Below, piece after piece: positions 23,601 to 31,955 of a stretch of 32,382 nt of DNA. The stretch is from a virus (Duplodnaviria > Caudoviricetes). Numbering within the stretch: position 1 is the first letter of the stretch; the number at the start of each line of letters is the position of its first letter. Below the pieces are notes generated by a model, which worked only from the letters and a program-made list of their open reading frames with translations, was not told the DNA's origin and made no database searches. The DNA is taken from IMG/VR virus record IMGVR_UViG_3300043103_000105, positions 1 through 32,382 of that record; one strand, 5' to 3'. A program made the translations under genes and the position numbers.

Positions 23601-24579
23601 CAGGAATAGGAGACGCCTGCATCGGCAGGGGGCCCTGAGGAATGTTCTTAACAGTTTTGTTTGCTTGAGCCAAGAAGTTAGCAAGCTCATCAGCGTGCGC
23701 TTTTGTGTTGGGGTTCAAAGACTCTACTGCAGAGCCAATGTGTTCTGGGTACTCTTGGTAGATCCAATTCTTTGTGCCATACCCGCGGTCTTGCGTAGGC
23801 GTGGATGTTGTTGCCGCTGTAGGTTGGGCTTGCGCTTGTGCTAACGCAATGCGTTGTTGATTGGCTGTAAGATCATTTCGTACATCACGCGAAACTTGTG
23901 TTTGTTCGCGCTCTGTTGGAGGACGAGTCAGATGACCTAGGGTTGCGCCGGGAACAACACCACCGCCAAACCAAATAGCATCGTTTATGCCAACTTCTCG
24001 GGAAGTATTTTGTTCAGCAGTGGCGGCTGGGGGAGACCAAGTTGATAAATCACTTTCGTCTGGTTGAGCCACGTTAACGCTGTATTGGTTTTTTTCTTTA
24101 GCCATGTTTAGGGCTCCTGTGCTTAATTTCTGCGTTGGGGGTACAGGCATTGTGTCCACTGGCACATCGCCATAGCCGCCGTGCTTGGTAATTCTTTGAA
24201 TATACCCACGTGTTTCGTCTGGCAAGTATCCAGTCTTGAAAAAGTTGCTGTTTGGCCCGTAGTTATATGCCACAGAGGCAAGCATTTTGTCACCACCAAA
24301 ACGGTCAAGATTTTCTTTTAAATACCTGACACCACCATCAATGTTTTGATCCACGTTGTAGGGGTCAATCTTTAACCCTTTGGCTGTGTTAGGCATGATC
24401 TGCATAAGGCCAATTGCGCCCTTGCCAGACTTTCTCTTAACGCTGTGCATGAAGTCGTCGTTTTCTGCCTTTGCAGTAGACAAAGCAAACGCGGGGTCCA
24501 CACCATATTTTTCAGCGGCCCTGACAACCTTATCCGCCAGAGCCTTCTGTTGAGGGTTTAAAGAATTAACCCATTCCAT
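20617..24579 (-). CDS. Large modular internal virion (ejection) protein: lytic transglycosylase + unknown + ART-PolyVal-like + unknown
   Basis: SLT motifs KAE, GAIGLMQIMP, NIDGG..YL, AYNYGP. ART-like FYHGT...FLS...IYPV..QVKNP...GHDAV...VFDPRRIKSAIGNRGTYD. Last gene of the virion operon. Confidence 0.85.
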   Translation of the reverse strand: MEWVNSLNPQQKALADKVVRAAEKYGVDPAFALSTAKAENDDFMHSVKRKSGKGAIGLMQIMPNTAKGLKIDPYNVDQNIDGGVRYLKENLDRFGGDKMLASVAYNYGPNSNFFKTGYLPDETRGYIQRITKHGGYGDVPVDTMPVPPTQKLSTGALNMAKEKNQYSVNVAQPDESDLSTWSPPAATAEQNTSREVGINDAIWFGGGVVPGATLGHLTRPPTEREQTQVSRDVRNDLTANQQRIALAQAQAQPTAATTSTPTQDRGYGTKNWIYQEYPEHIGSAVESLNPNTKAHADELANFLAQANKTVKNIPQGPLPMQASPIPARPSAPPPVATAPNLGVAPTVANLANLNPPRTLTPAQLQAQVLANRVRNFGSGAVGGGIKGGIAAQQFYDAMQRGEQGDTTGGALSALTSGGATLSMAPNPKMKLAGVVAAGAGGLGQIVRNIFSAEDATKSVLQPDGAPPKFKEGGAVKKSDGGLPAVEHFQSGGRAGAGKAAWQLGSQKVGKLSDWAQNYLGHYFVPTQSDRMAGVGGTSFSANSLARPEYANRAWGSGQKATATGIANLAKDPRYGGTERQIFAPLIGSENMHQSNQIVYDELLKQHNKNLHKYSPERVAEINQYMQTGGLNTGIAKQKFDPIPDFNVLDQDLLKKYGDTFDTRKAIANHAFGAEGLGRTKKQIFDYQNILDEMRDPLTQGAPSFAMGPRAFKLSGEVEPLPRADLNRAYPWMLHGEDLNVTYQPVPSELSLRDFQKQWRADTGNTMPKKSGELKQPGYFEHTLGYKPTGSSERVYPRQLITEEWIKDLQSSAFAEGGQVQHFDKGGLARAAFNKAASFFTPKAATLSAAERDANLQSYLSQSADPRRFYHGTKTMQDYKWAPSDSAITAFNPKQFGREMTFLSPEPEFANRFSKHVPLVQRNTEGFEGGAIYPVHAQVKNPFDYENPAHVQALTEALPDAPKNYKDILSTGDWAALEDRNTTSAIRKLGHDAVYVQEDGVKNLGVFDPRRIKSAIGNRGTYDITNPDINKKEGGLIQHFDKGGKVGGLTRLAESAYDMLKLTPEKVEAWRKLNAKPYKQQQDPQLAQALEAYMTGKISQADYLRIMNERRPIRPLTELPKAHSDIDIVSALDKNKADKGILGLNLQVPEGMRVGNRLDIPAYERYGTYVDTMHDPAGKPIGYGHTGHLKDVEFQSDPNRAIRVGLGTREQALTPLSVEEGSNKGPFAMMMGNQQTTKDEDVRRMLAEALQDPTWRQIGMNPYRGSQFYDKADMQPVWSAAEKIQAGPLVLARDVEKTSWKDPRLKTKYGVNYAKGGLTHL
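21452..22137 (-). repeat. Imperfect 35-nt direct repeats (21452-21486, 22103-22137) encoding EGGxxQHFDKGG and flanking the ART-like domain
   Basis: 27/35 identical, 20/22 in the QHFDKGG core; 651 nt (217 codons) apart. Confidence 0.8.
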
Positions 24580-24581
24580 GA

Positions 24582-26288
24582 TTAGGAAGTTTCCAAGGCA
24601 GGGTTAAACGCGGGGGCGTTAGACAAACCAAGAACTTTGGTCATGCGATCGTATTGGCCTTTCTTCAACTCCAACATTTCAGGAGATTTTCTGAACTGTT
24701 GGTACGTCATTCCTTTTGATTCCATTTGGTTCCAAAGATCTCTACGCTCTTTGGCGTTCATAGCCTCGTACTTAACGGCCCTAGAAACCAATACAATGTT
24801 CTGCGCTGTCAAACGAGATGGATCACCAACTGCTTGTTTGATCAAGTTACGTTCGTTGTCAGACACAGCGCCTTGACCTTGAATCATCTTTGAACCCTGT
24901 AATGAAAGCTGTGCAAAGTCGCGCGCCAGTTGTTGTGCCGCAGACATACGTGCTTCTTTTACTTTAGGATCCTTAATGTTTCGGATGCTTGGGTCAAGCT
25001 GAATTGCCAACTCATTAACTGCGCCAACGGAAAGCTGACCGCCGGGGGTTTTAATTCCTTGGTCTAACAAGTTGAGTAGCGCAGATTGTACAGTTGGACG
25101 ACCCAGCAAGTTAACCAACTCTGGAACCTTTTGAACGTTTTGTGAAATGCGGTTTGCAACAATGATGTTGTTGTCCGCGCTATCAGCAGAGGCTTGCAAC
25201 TCTTCAGACGCTTTAGAAGCCACAGCAATAGCTTGTTTGTTGGTTTCAATCTGTCGTTCTGTTTCAACCTTACGTTGCGCCTCAAGATTCTTTTGTACTT
25301 CTTCTTGATGTTGTTTAGATAAAGGGTTAAACGGATTGGCGCCTGTTGCACCCACTACAGGTGCCGCAGGGGTTGCAGGAACCGCGCGTGCAACTGCAGG
25401 GGCAGGAGCCGTAGGCGCCGTAGGCGCCGTAGAAGCCGCCGCTACAGGAGCCGTAGGAGCGCCTGCAGGTGCAGAGACCGCCGCTATAGGAGCCGCAGAG
25501 GGGTTTAGAATATTGCCAGCCGCACCAAGAGGCGTTTGTTGTACGTCTCCTGTAGTGGTACGAACATCATAAGGGTTAAGCGCACTAGCGCCAACAACGT
25601 TGGTGAATATAGCCGCATTCCACGCTGGTGAACCTTCTTGAACACCAGCCGCTCTTAAACGACGCATTATATCATCTTGCTTGGTCAAAGCAAGCAATTG
25701 CTTCTGTGCCTCTACGGGATTTGTTTGATATAAATTAGCTAACGTAAGTTTTTGTTGTGTGGTTAAGTTATCAAGCGGTTGAGGAGCACCACCTGCTTGA
25801 GGAGCACCACCTGCTTGAGGAGCACCACCTGCTTGAGGAGCACCACCTGCTTGGGGAGCACCACCTGCTTGGGGAGCATTTCCCAAACCTAGCGTTGTCA
25901 TAAACTGTTGCTTCTGTTGCGCGGCAAGATCTTGAGCCTGCTTGATGCGGGCCTCTTCAGTGTTAAGCTGTGCCAGACCCACGCGCATGTCAAAGAGTTC
26001 TTTGTCTCTGTTGCGTTGGTTTGTGTTGTATGACTGCAGGTTCTGTGTGAATGTGCCGGGAGCCCCGGCGGACACAGCGGCGCGCTCCATGATCGGACCC
26101 CAACCAGACTTAGCCTCTTCACGTGCTTGGATCATTTGCATCAAGCGATCACGGATTTCTGAGCTATCTGCGGGGTTTAAGGACACGCCTTTCTGGCCAG
26201 CAAGCGCAAGGCCCCCAGTCTTTGGCATCGTCGCCTTAATTTGCGGCTCGACAGCGTCTAGGCCGCCTGCGTTTTCGTCAATAGCCAT
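24582..26288 (-). CDS. Putative internal virion/ejection protein
   Basis: Ala/Gln-rich coiled coils, Pro/Ala linker, GQGAVSDNER motif; lies between tail genes and the SLT protein. Confidence 0.7.
   Translation of the reverse strand: MAIDENAGGLDAVEPQIKATMPKTGGLALAGQKGVSLNPADSSEIRDRLMQMIQAREEAKSGWGPIMERAAVSAGAPGTFTQNLQSYNTNQRNRDKELFDMRVGLAQLNTEEARIKQAQDLAAQQKQQFMTTLGLGNAPQAGGAPQAGGAPQAGGAPQAGGAPQAGGAPQPLDNLTTQQKLTLANLYQTNPVEAQKQLLALTKQDDIMRRLRAAGVQEGSPAWNAAIFTNVVGASALNPYDVRTTTGDVQQTPLGAAGNILNPSAAPIAAVSAPAGAPTAPVAAASTAPTAPTAPAPAVARAVPATPAAPVVGATGANPFNPLSKQHQEEVQKNLEAQRKVETERQIETNKQAIAVASKASEELQASADSADNNIIVANRISQNVQKVPELVNLLGRPTVQSALLNLLDQGIKTPGGQLSVGAVNELAIQLDPSIRNIKDPKVKEARMSAAQQLARDFAQLSLQGSKMIQGQGAVSDNERNLIKQAVGDPSRLTAQNIVLVSRAVKYEAMNAKERRDLWNQMESKGMTYQQFRKSPEMLELKKGQYDRMTKVLGLSNAPAFNPALETS
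25779..25878 (-). repeat. 18-nt coding tandem repeat, 5.5 copies (AGGAPQ)
   Basis: Unit TTGAGGAGCACCACCTGC on +; four exact copies, then one full and one partial copy with an A>G change. Confidence 0.95.
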
Positions 26289-26299
26289 CTGTGTATTCC

Positions 26300-27124
26300 T
26301 TAATCTTCTTCGTAGTTGGTTCTGTCATCAGTTAAGTTGCCGTATTCGTCGACAAACTGCGTGCCTGATGTACCCAAAATTTTATCCAACCATTTGAGGC
26401 CTGTGTTACCGGAGCTAATTTTATCCCAAGCCATGCCGCCCGAATATGCGGCGTTCAATCCTTTTAACAAGTTCTCGTAATCGCTTCCTTGAGTAACTTC
26501 AGTAGCCGTACGGTTTGTGGTGGGGCCCATCGCGTTAATGATGTCGCTGTATTTAGACAACGCAGGCAGACCGCCCATCATCTCTTGAGTGGCTGTATTT
26601 AGTGCAGTGGTGCCGTACTGCGCGCCAACGTTGCCCAAAACGTTTCCGGCCTGAATGGACTGACCCATTGCTTCCATTAGCGCTTTGTTTTGTTGTTCAT
26701 TCAACGAGGTCAACGCGCCAGCACGCGCGGTTTCAGTTGCTGTTTGGCCGCGCAAAGAGTTATAGTTGCCGGTACCAATTCCACCAGCACCAACCTGTGA
26801 CGTGATCTGTGGTAGGAGCTGGTCCAGCTTGGCGTTTTGAGACGCAAACAGAGCACCCAAGGGTGTAGATGTATCAGGCGCGCCAGTAGACAGGAACGGG
26901 GTCAGGTTAGCGTTTTGGGCCGTTTGCAGGCCGCTGATTGCCGTCGTGAAAGGGTTGGCTGTTTGACTGTTAAGGTTGCTTATCAAACCGGAAGCAACGG
27001 TCTTGCTTGGGTCTGTGGCCGCGCCATAAACTGTGGGGGCCGCGGTGGCAATGTTTTCTTGGGCCGAAGTGAACCACGACGGTAGCGTTGTCGTGGTCGA
27101 TTTGCTTGTGTCAAAGACGCTCAT
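26300..27124 (-). CDS. Putative ejection/pilot protein
   Basis: Starts STTTTLPSW; Ala/Gly/Gln/Thr-rich; TAATG coupling to the upstream gene. Confidence 0.65.
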   Translation of the reverse strand: MSVFDTSKSTTTTLPSWFTSAQENIATAAPTVYGAATDPSKTVASGLISNLNSQTANPFTTAISGLQTAQNANLTPFLSTGAPDTSTPLGALFASQNAKLDQLLPQITSQVGAGGIGTGNYNSLRGQTATETARAGALTSLNEQQNKALMEAMGQSIQAGNVLGNVGAQYGTTALNTATQEMMGGLPALSKYSDIINAMGPTTNRTATEVTQGSDYENLLKGLNAAYSGGMAWDKISSGNTGLKWLDKILGTSGTQFVDEYGNLTDDRTNYEED

Positions 27125-29535
27125 TATCTTTTTCCTTTCATGTGCACGCTAGACAGATACTCTAGCGGGCCTTTGCTTTCTGGGGGTAATTCGCTTGGTG
27201 GGTTTGAATGTTTGTGTGCGCGAATTGTTTCAATGAATTGGTCAAGCACACTGGCACCAGACTCACTGGAGCCGTTACCCAAAGCAGACACAATGTCTGC
27301 GGGCAATACATATTCACTGTTGGCCACCATGGCGGGGATCTGGTCTGACGTACCGTCACCACGACCTTGGATGTATGTTGTTCCTGCGCCACCCTCAGAG
27401 TAAAACTCTGGTTGACCCATGGGGTGCTCTGGCACCATGCCGCCTTCGGCAAAACTAAAAAAACTAAGTAAGTCCAAAGCGGGTGCCTCTTTTTGTTTAT
27501 CTTCTTCTTCCTTCTTGATTTTCTCTTCTTCAATGTCAGAAGTCAATATGTTTTCTTTGTTGTCCTGTGAGGGAACAGGCACGCCGGCCAAAGAGAAAAG
27601 CAACGGGTTAAGAAAAGGGGTTTCTTCGTACGTCTTTTTGTACGACAGTTTGGGTTGTGCCAGTGGCGCGGATGGTTTTTCAGGCGCCGCTGGTTTGGCT
27701 GTTGTGACCACAGGAGGGGTGACAACTGGCGGGTTCACCACGGGGGGAATGACCACAGGGGGGTTGACAACGGGAGGAGTGACAACATCGTCAACAATCT
27801 TTTTATCTTGAATAACCAGTTCAGGAACATCGTCAACAATCTTTTTGTCTTGAATAACCAGTTCAGGCACATCACCCGATGTAGTCTTTTTGTCTTGAAT
27901 AACCAGTTCAGGCACATCACCCGATGTAGTCTTTTTGTCTTGAATAACCAGTTCAGGCACATCGCCCGATGTAGTCTTTTTGTCTTGAACAACCAGTTCA
28001 GGCACATCGCCCGATGTAGTCTTTTTGTTTTGAACAACCAATTCAGGCACATCACCTGATGTGCCAAGGTTTTTTGGGGAAACGTATTTTACCGTGTCAT
28101 TTTCATCTTCGTTATTGTCAATTTTTACATTGCCAATGTCGCCCGCAGATTGGTTAAACAAATCAGCGTCAGATTGATTCATCATAGACGCGTTCAAGTC
28201 TTCAGGAGCAAACCAAGCGTTTGCTGTCATGTCGTAGTAGGCACCCTCTGGACGAGCATCCGCCTCTGAGGAAGACATCAAACGATAGCCAAGGGGAGCG
28301 CTCACAGAGCTTGCGTTTTTGCTTTCTGCAAAAATGGGCGCGCCGCTAATCTCAACGTTGAATCCATTTCCCGCGTCAGACATTGTGTCCGAACGCAACC
28401 CTGCAAGTTGAATGCCTTGAGGTAAATTTACATCTCCAGCATCAGAAATATTGGTTGAGATCCTGCCCGCTTTAGTGGCAGTTTGAATTGTGTTGTTGAA
28501 AGCCTGCGCGGCGTTCATCATTGCGGTAGGATCACCCGTAGCGTTGAATTTATTAAACGCTTCAGTCATGCGCAAAGCCGATGCGGCCAATTTAGCATCG
28601 CCACTACCTGTTAGAGAGGCCGCGGCATTTGCCAATCCAGCGTAATCATTGTTGGCAAAAGCATTAGCCGCGTTGGCTAGATTCAACCCTGTCCTAACTT
28701 CTGAAGGCAGGCTTGCACCAGCGTAACCGGCCGCAGAGTTAACAAGGCCTGCAAGGTTGCCTTTGTCAATTGCGTTGATGCCACCAACAATGTTTTTGGC
28801 GTCAGAGATTGGGATGCCTGCAATGTCTGTTAATCCGGCAGATTGACCAGCACCAAGTGCGCCAAGAATAGCGCCAGTATAGTTGCCTTGGCCCGCAGAG
28901 ATAGCGGCGTTCAAACCCTGTGCAAACGGGGCCACGCCGGGAACGAACGAGGCGGCGGCCAAAAGCATTTGCAAGTCACCCACGTCGCTACTAGATGCGC
29001 CGGTGGTGTATACGATGGGTTTACCCGTTGACATGTCAACACGATACGCTGTGTTACCCTCACCTGCAAACGTGCCAGAGAACGCGTTACCTGAGGCACG
29101 GTCGTAGTCACTGATAAGGGGCTGACCCGTTGCCGTGTTGATTAAAACGGTCTGTGAGCTCTCGGGGGTGTATTGTGTGCCTTGCTCAGTCTCGTATGAA
29201 GACTCGGGTGTGGTGATTGTCTTTTGACCGATCTGGCTTAGATCAGTAACTCCTGACGCGGCAAGATTTTCGGCAATTGCTTTTGCGTTAGCTTCTGCTG
29301 AACCAAAGCCTTCGCCAGTCCACTTGCCCATGGTGCCCTGACCAACGATCTGGTTGTATAAACCAGTCACGGCCGTTGGGTCAAGCGTGTAGTCTTTGCC
29401 TGCGTACTGTTTGGTGTACGCGCTGGGCGTTGTTGTGTCTGCTGTGACTGCGGTAGTCGTGTCGGCAGACGGCCCAAAAGAAGACAAACCGCCGTTGTCT
29501 TCTTGTGTCATCCAAGTGTTTGTTGGTAGGGCCAT
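27124..29535 (-). CDS. Putative internal virion protein with repeat region and C-terminal GDGTSDxIPA domain
   Basis: Gly/Ala-rich helices, tandem repeats, FAEGG...YSEGG...GRGDGTSDQIPAMVANSEYVLPADIVSALGNG. Confidence 0.7.
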   Translation of the reverse strand: MALPTNTWMTQEDNGGLSSFGPSADTTTAVTADTTTPSAYTKQYAGKDYTLDPTAVTGLYNQIVGQGTMGKWTGEGFGSAEANAKAIAENLAASGVTDLSQIGQKTITTPESSYETEQGTQYTPESSQTVLINTATGQPLISDYDRASGNAFSGTFAGEGNTAYRVDMSTGKPIVYTTGASSSDVGDLQMLLAAASFVPGVAPFAQGLNAAISAGQGNYTGAILGALGAGQSAGLTDIAGIPISDAKNIVGGINAIDKGNLAGLVNSAAGYAGASLPSEVRTGLNLANAANAFANNDYAGLANAAASLTGSGDAKLAASALRMTEAFNKFNATGDPTAMMNAAQAFNNTIQTATKAGRISTNISDAGDVNLPQGIQLAGLRSDTMSDAGNGFNVEISGAPIFAESKNASSVSAPLGYRLMSSSEADARPEGAYYDMTANAWFAPEDLNASMMNQSDADLFNQSAGDIGNVKIDNNEDENDTVKYVSPKNLGTSGDVPELVVQNKKTTSGDVPELVVQDKKTTSGDVPELVIQDKKTTSGDVPELVIQDKKTTSGDVPELVIQDKKIVDDVPELVIQDKKIVDDVVTPPVVNPPVVIPPVVNPPVVTPPVVTTAKPAAPEKPSAPLAQPKLSYKKTYEETPFLNPLLFSLAGVPVPSQDNKENILTSDIEEEKIKKEEEDKQKEAPALDLLSFFSFAEGGMVPEHPMGQPEFYSEGGAGTTYIQGRGDGTSDQIPAMVANSEYVLPADIVSALGNGSSESGASVLDQFIETIRAHKHSNPPSELPPESKGPLEYLSSVHMKGKR
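27703..27786 (-). repeat. 15-nt coding repeat (PPVVx), about 5 copies, synonymously diverged
   Basis: VVTPPVVNPPVVIPPVVNPPVVTPPVVT. Confidence 0.85.
27784..28062 (-). repeat. Coding tandem repeat: four 45-nt and two 42-nt near-identical units (DVPELVxQxKK x6)
   Basis: Unit boundaries on + at 27784, 27826, 27868, 27913, 27958 and 28003, plus a partial unit from 28048. Confidence 0.95.
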
Positions 29536-29556
29536 AGGTCTTTACTGGTTTGGGTA

Positions 29557-29576
29557 TTCCTATAGAGAATTACCCA
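29557..29576 (-). promoter_or_regulatory. Putative phage promoter motif, copy 3 (TGGGTAATTctcTATAGGAA)
   Basis: In the 54-nt gap upstream of the four internal virion genes, correctly oriented. Confidence 0.75.
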
Positions 29577-29589
29577 CAATTTAAGGCGC

Positions 29590-29829
29590 TTACGCCCCGT
29601 TGCCGTTGACTGAGGCAGTCAAAGACATGGCCCAATCTTGCCACCTTTGGAACGCCTCAGGCGCCGCAACTGCGTACTTGTCAAATATAGGGTTGACTGT
29701 TACTGCGCGGGCTACCTCTTGCCATTGTGTTTCTGGCAAATAGGGGAACTGCTGTTCATCAAAATAATGAATCAGGTTGCCGTTCCACTCAGCCCATGTG
29801 CTGTACGCTGGCAAGAAATCGATTTGCAT
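29590..29829 (-). CDS. Small Trp-rich virion-module protein (WQDWA)
   Basis: TAATG coupling to the upstream tail gene. Confidence 0.75.
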   Translation of the reverse strand: MQIDFLPAYSTWAEWNGNLIHYFDEQQFPYLPETQWQEVARAVTVNPIFDKYAVAAPEAFQRWQDWAMSLTASVNGNGA

Positions 29830-31955
29830 TATGGACGCTCGTCGCCAAGTTCGGCGGTAATGAGTATCCTGCCGGCCTCGTAGTCGCCGTCCACCACGTT
29901 GCTTCTAAAGCGCAGGTTAATTAGCCTGTGCTCTGCGCGCAGGTCAATTTTGCCCGCGGTGTCAGGGAAGTTATAGGGCCCTTGCTCGGTAATGCTACCG
30001 TTGGCAAACGGGCGGCCAACAACCATTAGGTCCATCTCCCCCACCTGTTTGAGGTCAGGCTCAACGCGAGTTAAGTGCATGCGGCGGTTGATACCCACTG
30101 CCTCGTCAGAGGCAGGCGTGCCGCCCACAAAGCTGATGTCGCAGGTCTCAACAAACGAGTCGATCGCGTACGTCTGCACGTCTGTGATCTTGTTCTTGCC
30201 AAACTCTTGCTCCCAGATCACGTAGCCGCCAGTGGCTTGGGACATGGTGCTGTTGGTCACCACACTGGTGGGCACTGTGTTAGCAAAGGTGATTGTGGTG
30301 TACCCGCCAGTTGACGTGTTAGTGAACACCGCCGCGGTAATTTGGTTGATGCTTGCAAACGTTGGCTCACTGCCCTCGTTGAACACCATGTAGGAGCCCG
30401 CGGGGTTGGTTGTGAGGTCACCAGAAGCCACGATCTGGTACGCCGTGGTGACCGGAGACGTGACGCGATTAGGGCCGTACAAGACGTTGTACGTGGTTCC
30501 AATGCGGCCGTTAAACTCCCAGCCGCACCAAACTGGGCGGGGGAACACCTCGGTCATGTAGCCACACGAGCGGCGAGCGCCTTCAGCTTGGCCAGCGTCG
30601 TACCAAAGCTCGTCCTTGGTGTTGTAGATAATCGCGTCGTTGCACTCTGTTGACGTGCCGCGTGGGTAGAAGAACCAGATCTCGTTGTAGCGAGGAACCT
30701 TGGTTGCCCACACCTTTTGACGCGCACTAAAGTTAATGTTGTCAAACAGGTAGTTGACGTTCTTGTCGTTTGGCAAAACTTTAACCACACCGTTGTACGC
30801 GTAGAAGCGGTCGATGCCCATCCAGAAATACACGCCGTCCATCTCCACAACGGAGCTAGAAGACATGATGGAGATCTGGTTAGTAATAATGTCGTAGCGC
30901 CAGTAGTACGGCGTTGTGGCCGTGAAGGACACGCGCACCAAAGAGTCTGTCGCCCAGAAGAGACCAGAGGGTGAGGAGGTACCGCCGCGCACTGGGAAGC
31001 CCTTGACGATCTTACCAGCGGCAACGTTAACCTCGTTGGCCAGCGTGCCGTTCCAGTCGCTGAAGGTCTGCACGTTGGCTGTAGGCGAGTTAAATATTAC
31101 GTTGTTGTTGCGTAACAGGCCGTAGTTGCCGTACACGAACACAAAAGGGTGCAGTACGACCACGCCACCACTTGCGTCGATTGGCAGGTACGTTGGCGTT
31201 GTGCCAGTGGAATCAACCACCTCGGTTAACACGTACAGCCCCGTTGTGGGGTCTGGTAAGAAGTTACCCGCAAACAACGACGTGTTGACACCAGAGTCAA
31301 TGTTATCTAGGTTGTGCCCGGGGTGCGCCAGCAACTTGGAGTTGCCTGAACCAGTGGAGTCATACGCGATGTCAAACTGCCAGAGGTGCTGGTCGCTTGC
31401 TGTGAAACCGTTTGGTTTATAGATCTCAAACGGCACAGTGGTTGGCATCCCTGTGATGGATGCTAGGTGAAGCTCTGTGTAGTTGCCGGGGGTGTTGTAC
31501 GTCGGCGTTGTGTTGGTCGTGTAGTTTGTACGAATGCCTGACGTGTTGTACGCCCAGAACGTTGTGCCGTTAGGGAACAACGCAACAACGTTACCCTTGA
31601 CGTGAATTGTTTGGGGTGAAATGTTGACCTGAACAACAACGTATGTTTTGTTGAACTCAATGTTGAACGGGCCCACACCCACGCCTTGGTCGGTGCCGGT
31701 GTTGAACACCTCAACACCCTTGTAGTTGCCCGCGTAGATGTAGTTAACGCCGTTTAGGGAGTTTGTGATCATGCCACGGGGGATACCAGTGGGGGACGCA
31801 AACATCTGACGGTAGCCGCCCATCTTTTTGGCCTTACCGCGCTGGAACCTTGCCCACTTGCCGTCACCATATTCATCAGCCTCAAAGCGAGTGCCGTCCC
31901 GTTTAATACCGGGCTTGACAAACAGCGTAAAGATTCTGGATGGTTCTTGGGCCAT
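29829..31955 (-). CDS. Tail nozzle / head-closure beta-propeller protein (tail tubular B / P22 gp10-like)
   Basis: KPGIKRDGT...RFQRGKAKKMGG, YFWMG..RFYAYNG.V..LP, YNEIWFFYP; beta-rich; typical position upstream of ejection genes. Confidence 0.7.
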   Translation of the reverse strand: MAQEPSRIFTLFVKPGIKRDGTRFEADEYGDGKWARFQRGKAKKMGGYRQMFASPTGIPRGMITNSLNGVNYIYAGNYKGVEVFNTGTDQGVGVGPFNIEFNKTYVVVQVNISPQTIHVKGNVVALFPNGTTFWAYNTSGIRTNYTTNTTPTYNTPGNYTELHLASITGMPTTVPFEIYKPNGFTASDQHLWQFDIAYDSTGSGNSKLLAHPGHNLDNIDSGVNTSLFAGNFLPDPTTGLYVLTEVVDSTGTTPTYLPIDASGGVVVLHPFVFVYGNYGLLRNNNVIFNSPTANVQTFSDWNGTLANEVNVAAGKIVKGFPVRGGTSSPSGLFWATDSLVRVSFTATTPYYWRYDIITNQISIMSSSSVVEMDGVYFWMGIDRFYAYNGVVKVLPNDKNVNYLFDNINFSARQKVWATKVPRYNEIWFFYPRGTSTECNDAIIYNTKDELWYDAGQAEGARRSCGYMTEVFPRPVWCGWEFNGRIGTTYNVLYGPNRVTSPVTTAYQIVASGDLTTNPAGSYMVFNEGSEPTFASINQITAAVFTNTSTGGYTTITFANTVPTSVVTNSTMSQATGGYVIWEQEFGKNKITDVQTYAIDSFVETCDISFVGGTPASDEAVGINRRMHLTRVEPDLKQVGEMDLMVVGRPFANGSITEQGPYNFPDTAGKIDLRAEHRLINLRFRSNVVDGDYEAGRILITAELGDERP

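Noticed and set aside
27183-27198. Fourth copy of the promoter motif (GGGTAATT)
   Set aside because: Lacks the TATARG half and lies antisense within a CDS.
27784-28062. CRISPR array
   Set aside because: Units are contiguous with no unique spacers, their lengths are multiples of 3, and they lie in frame in a CDS.
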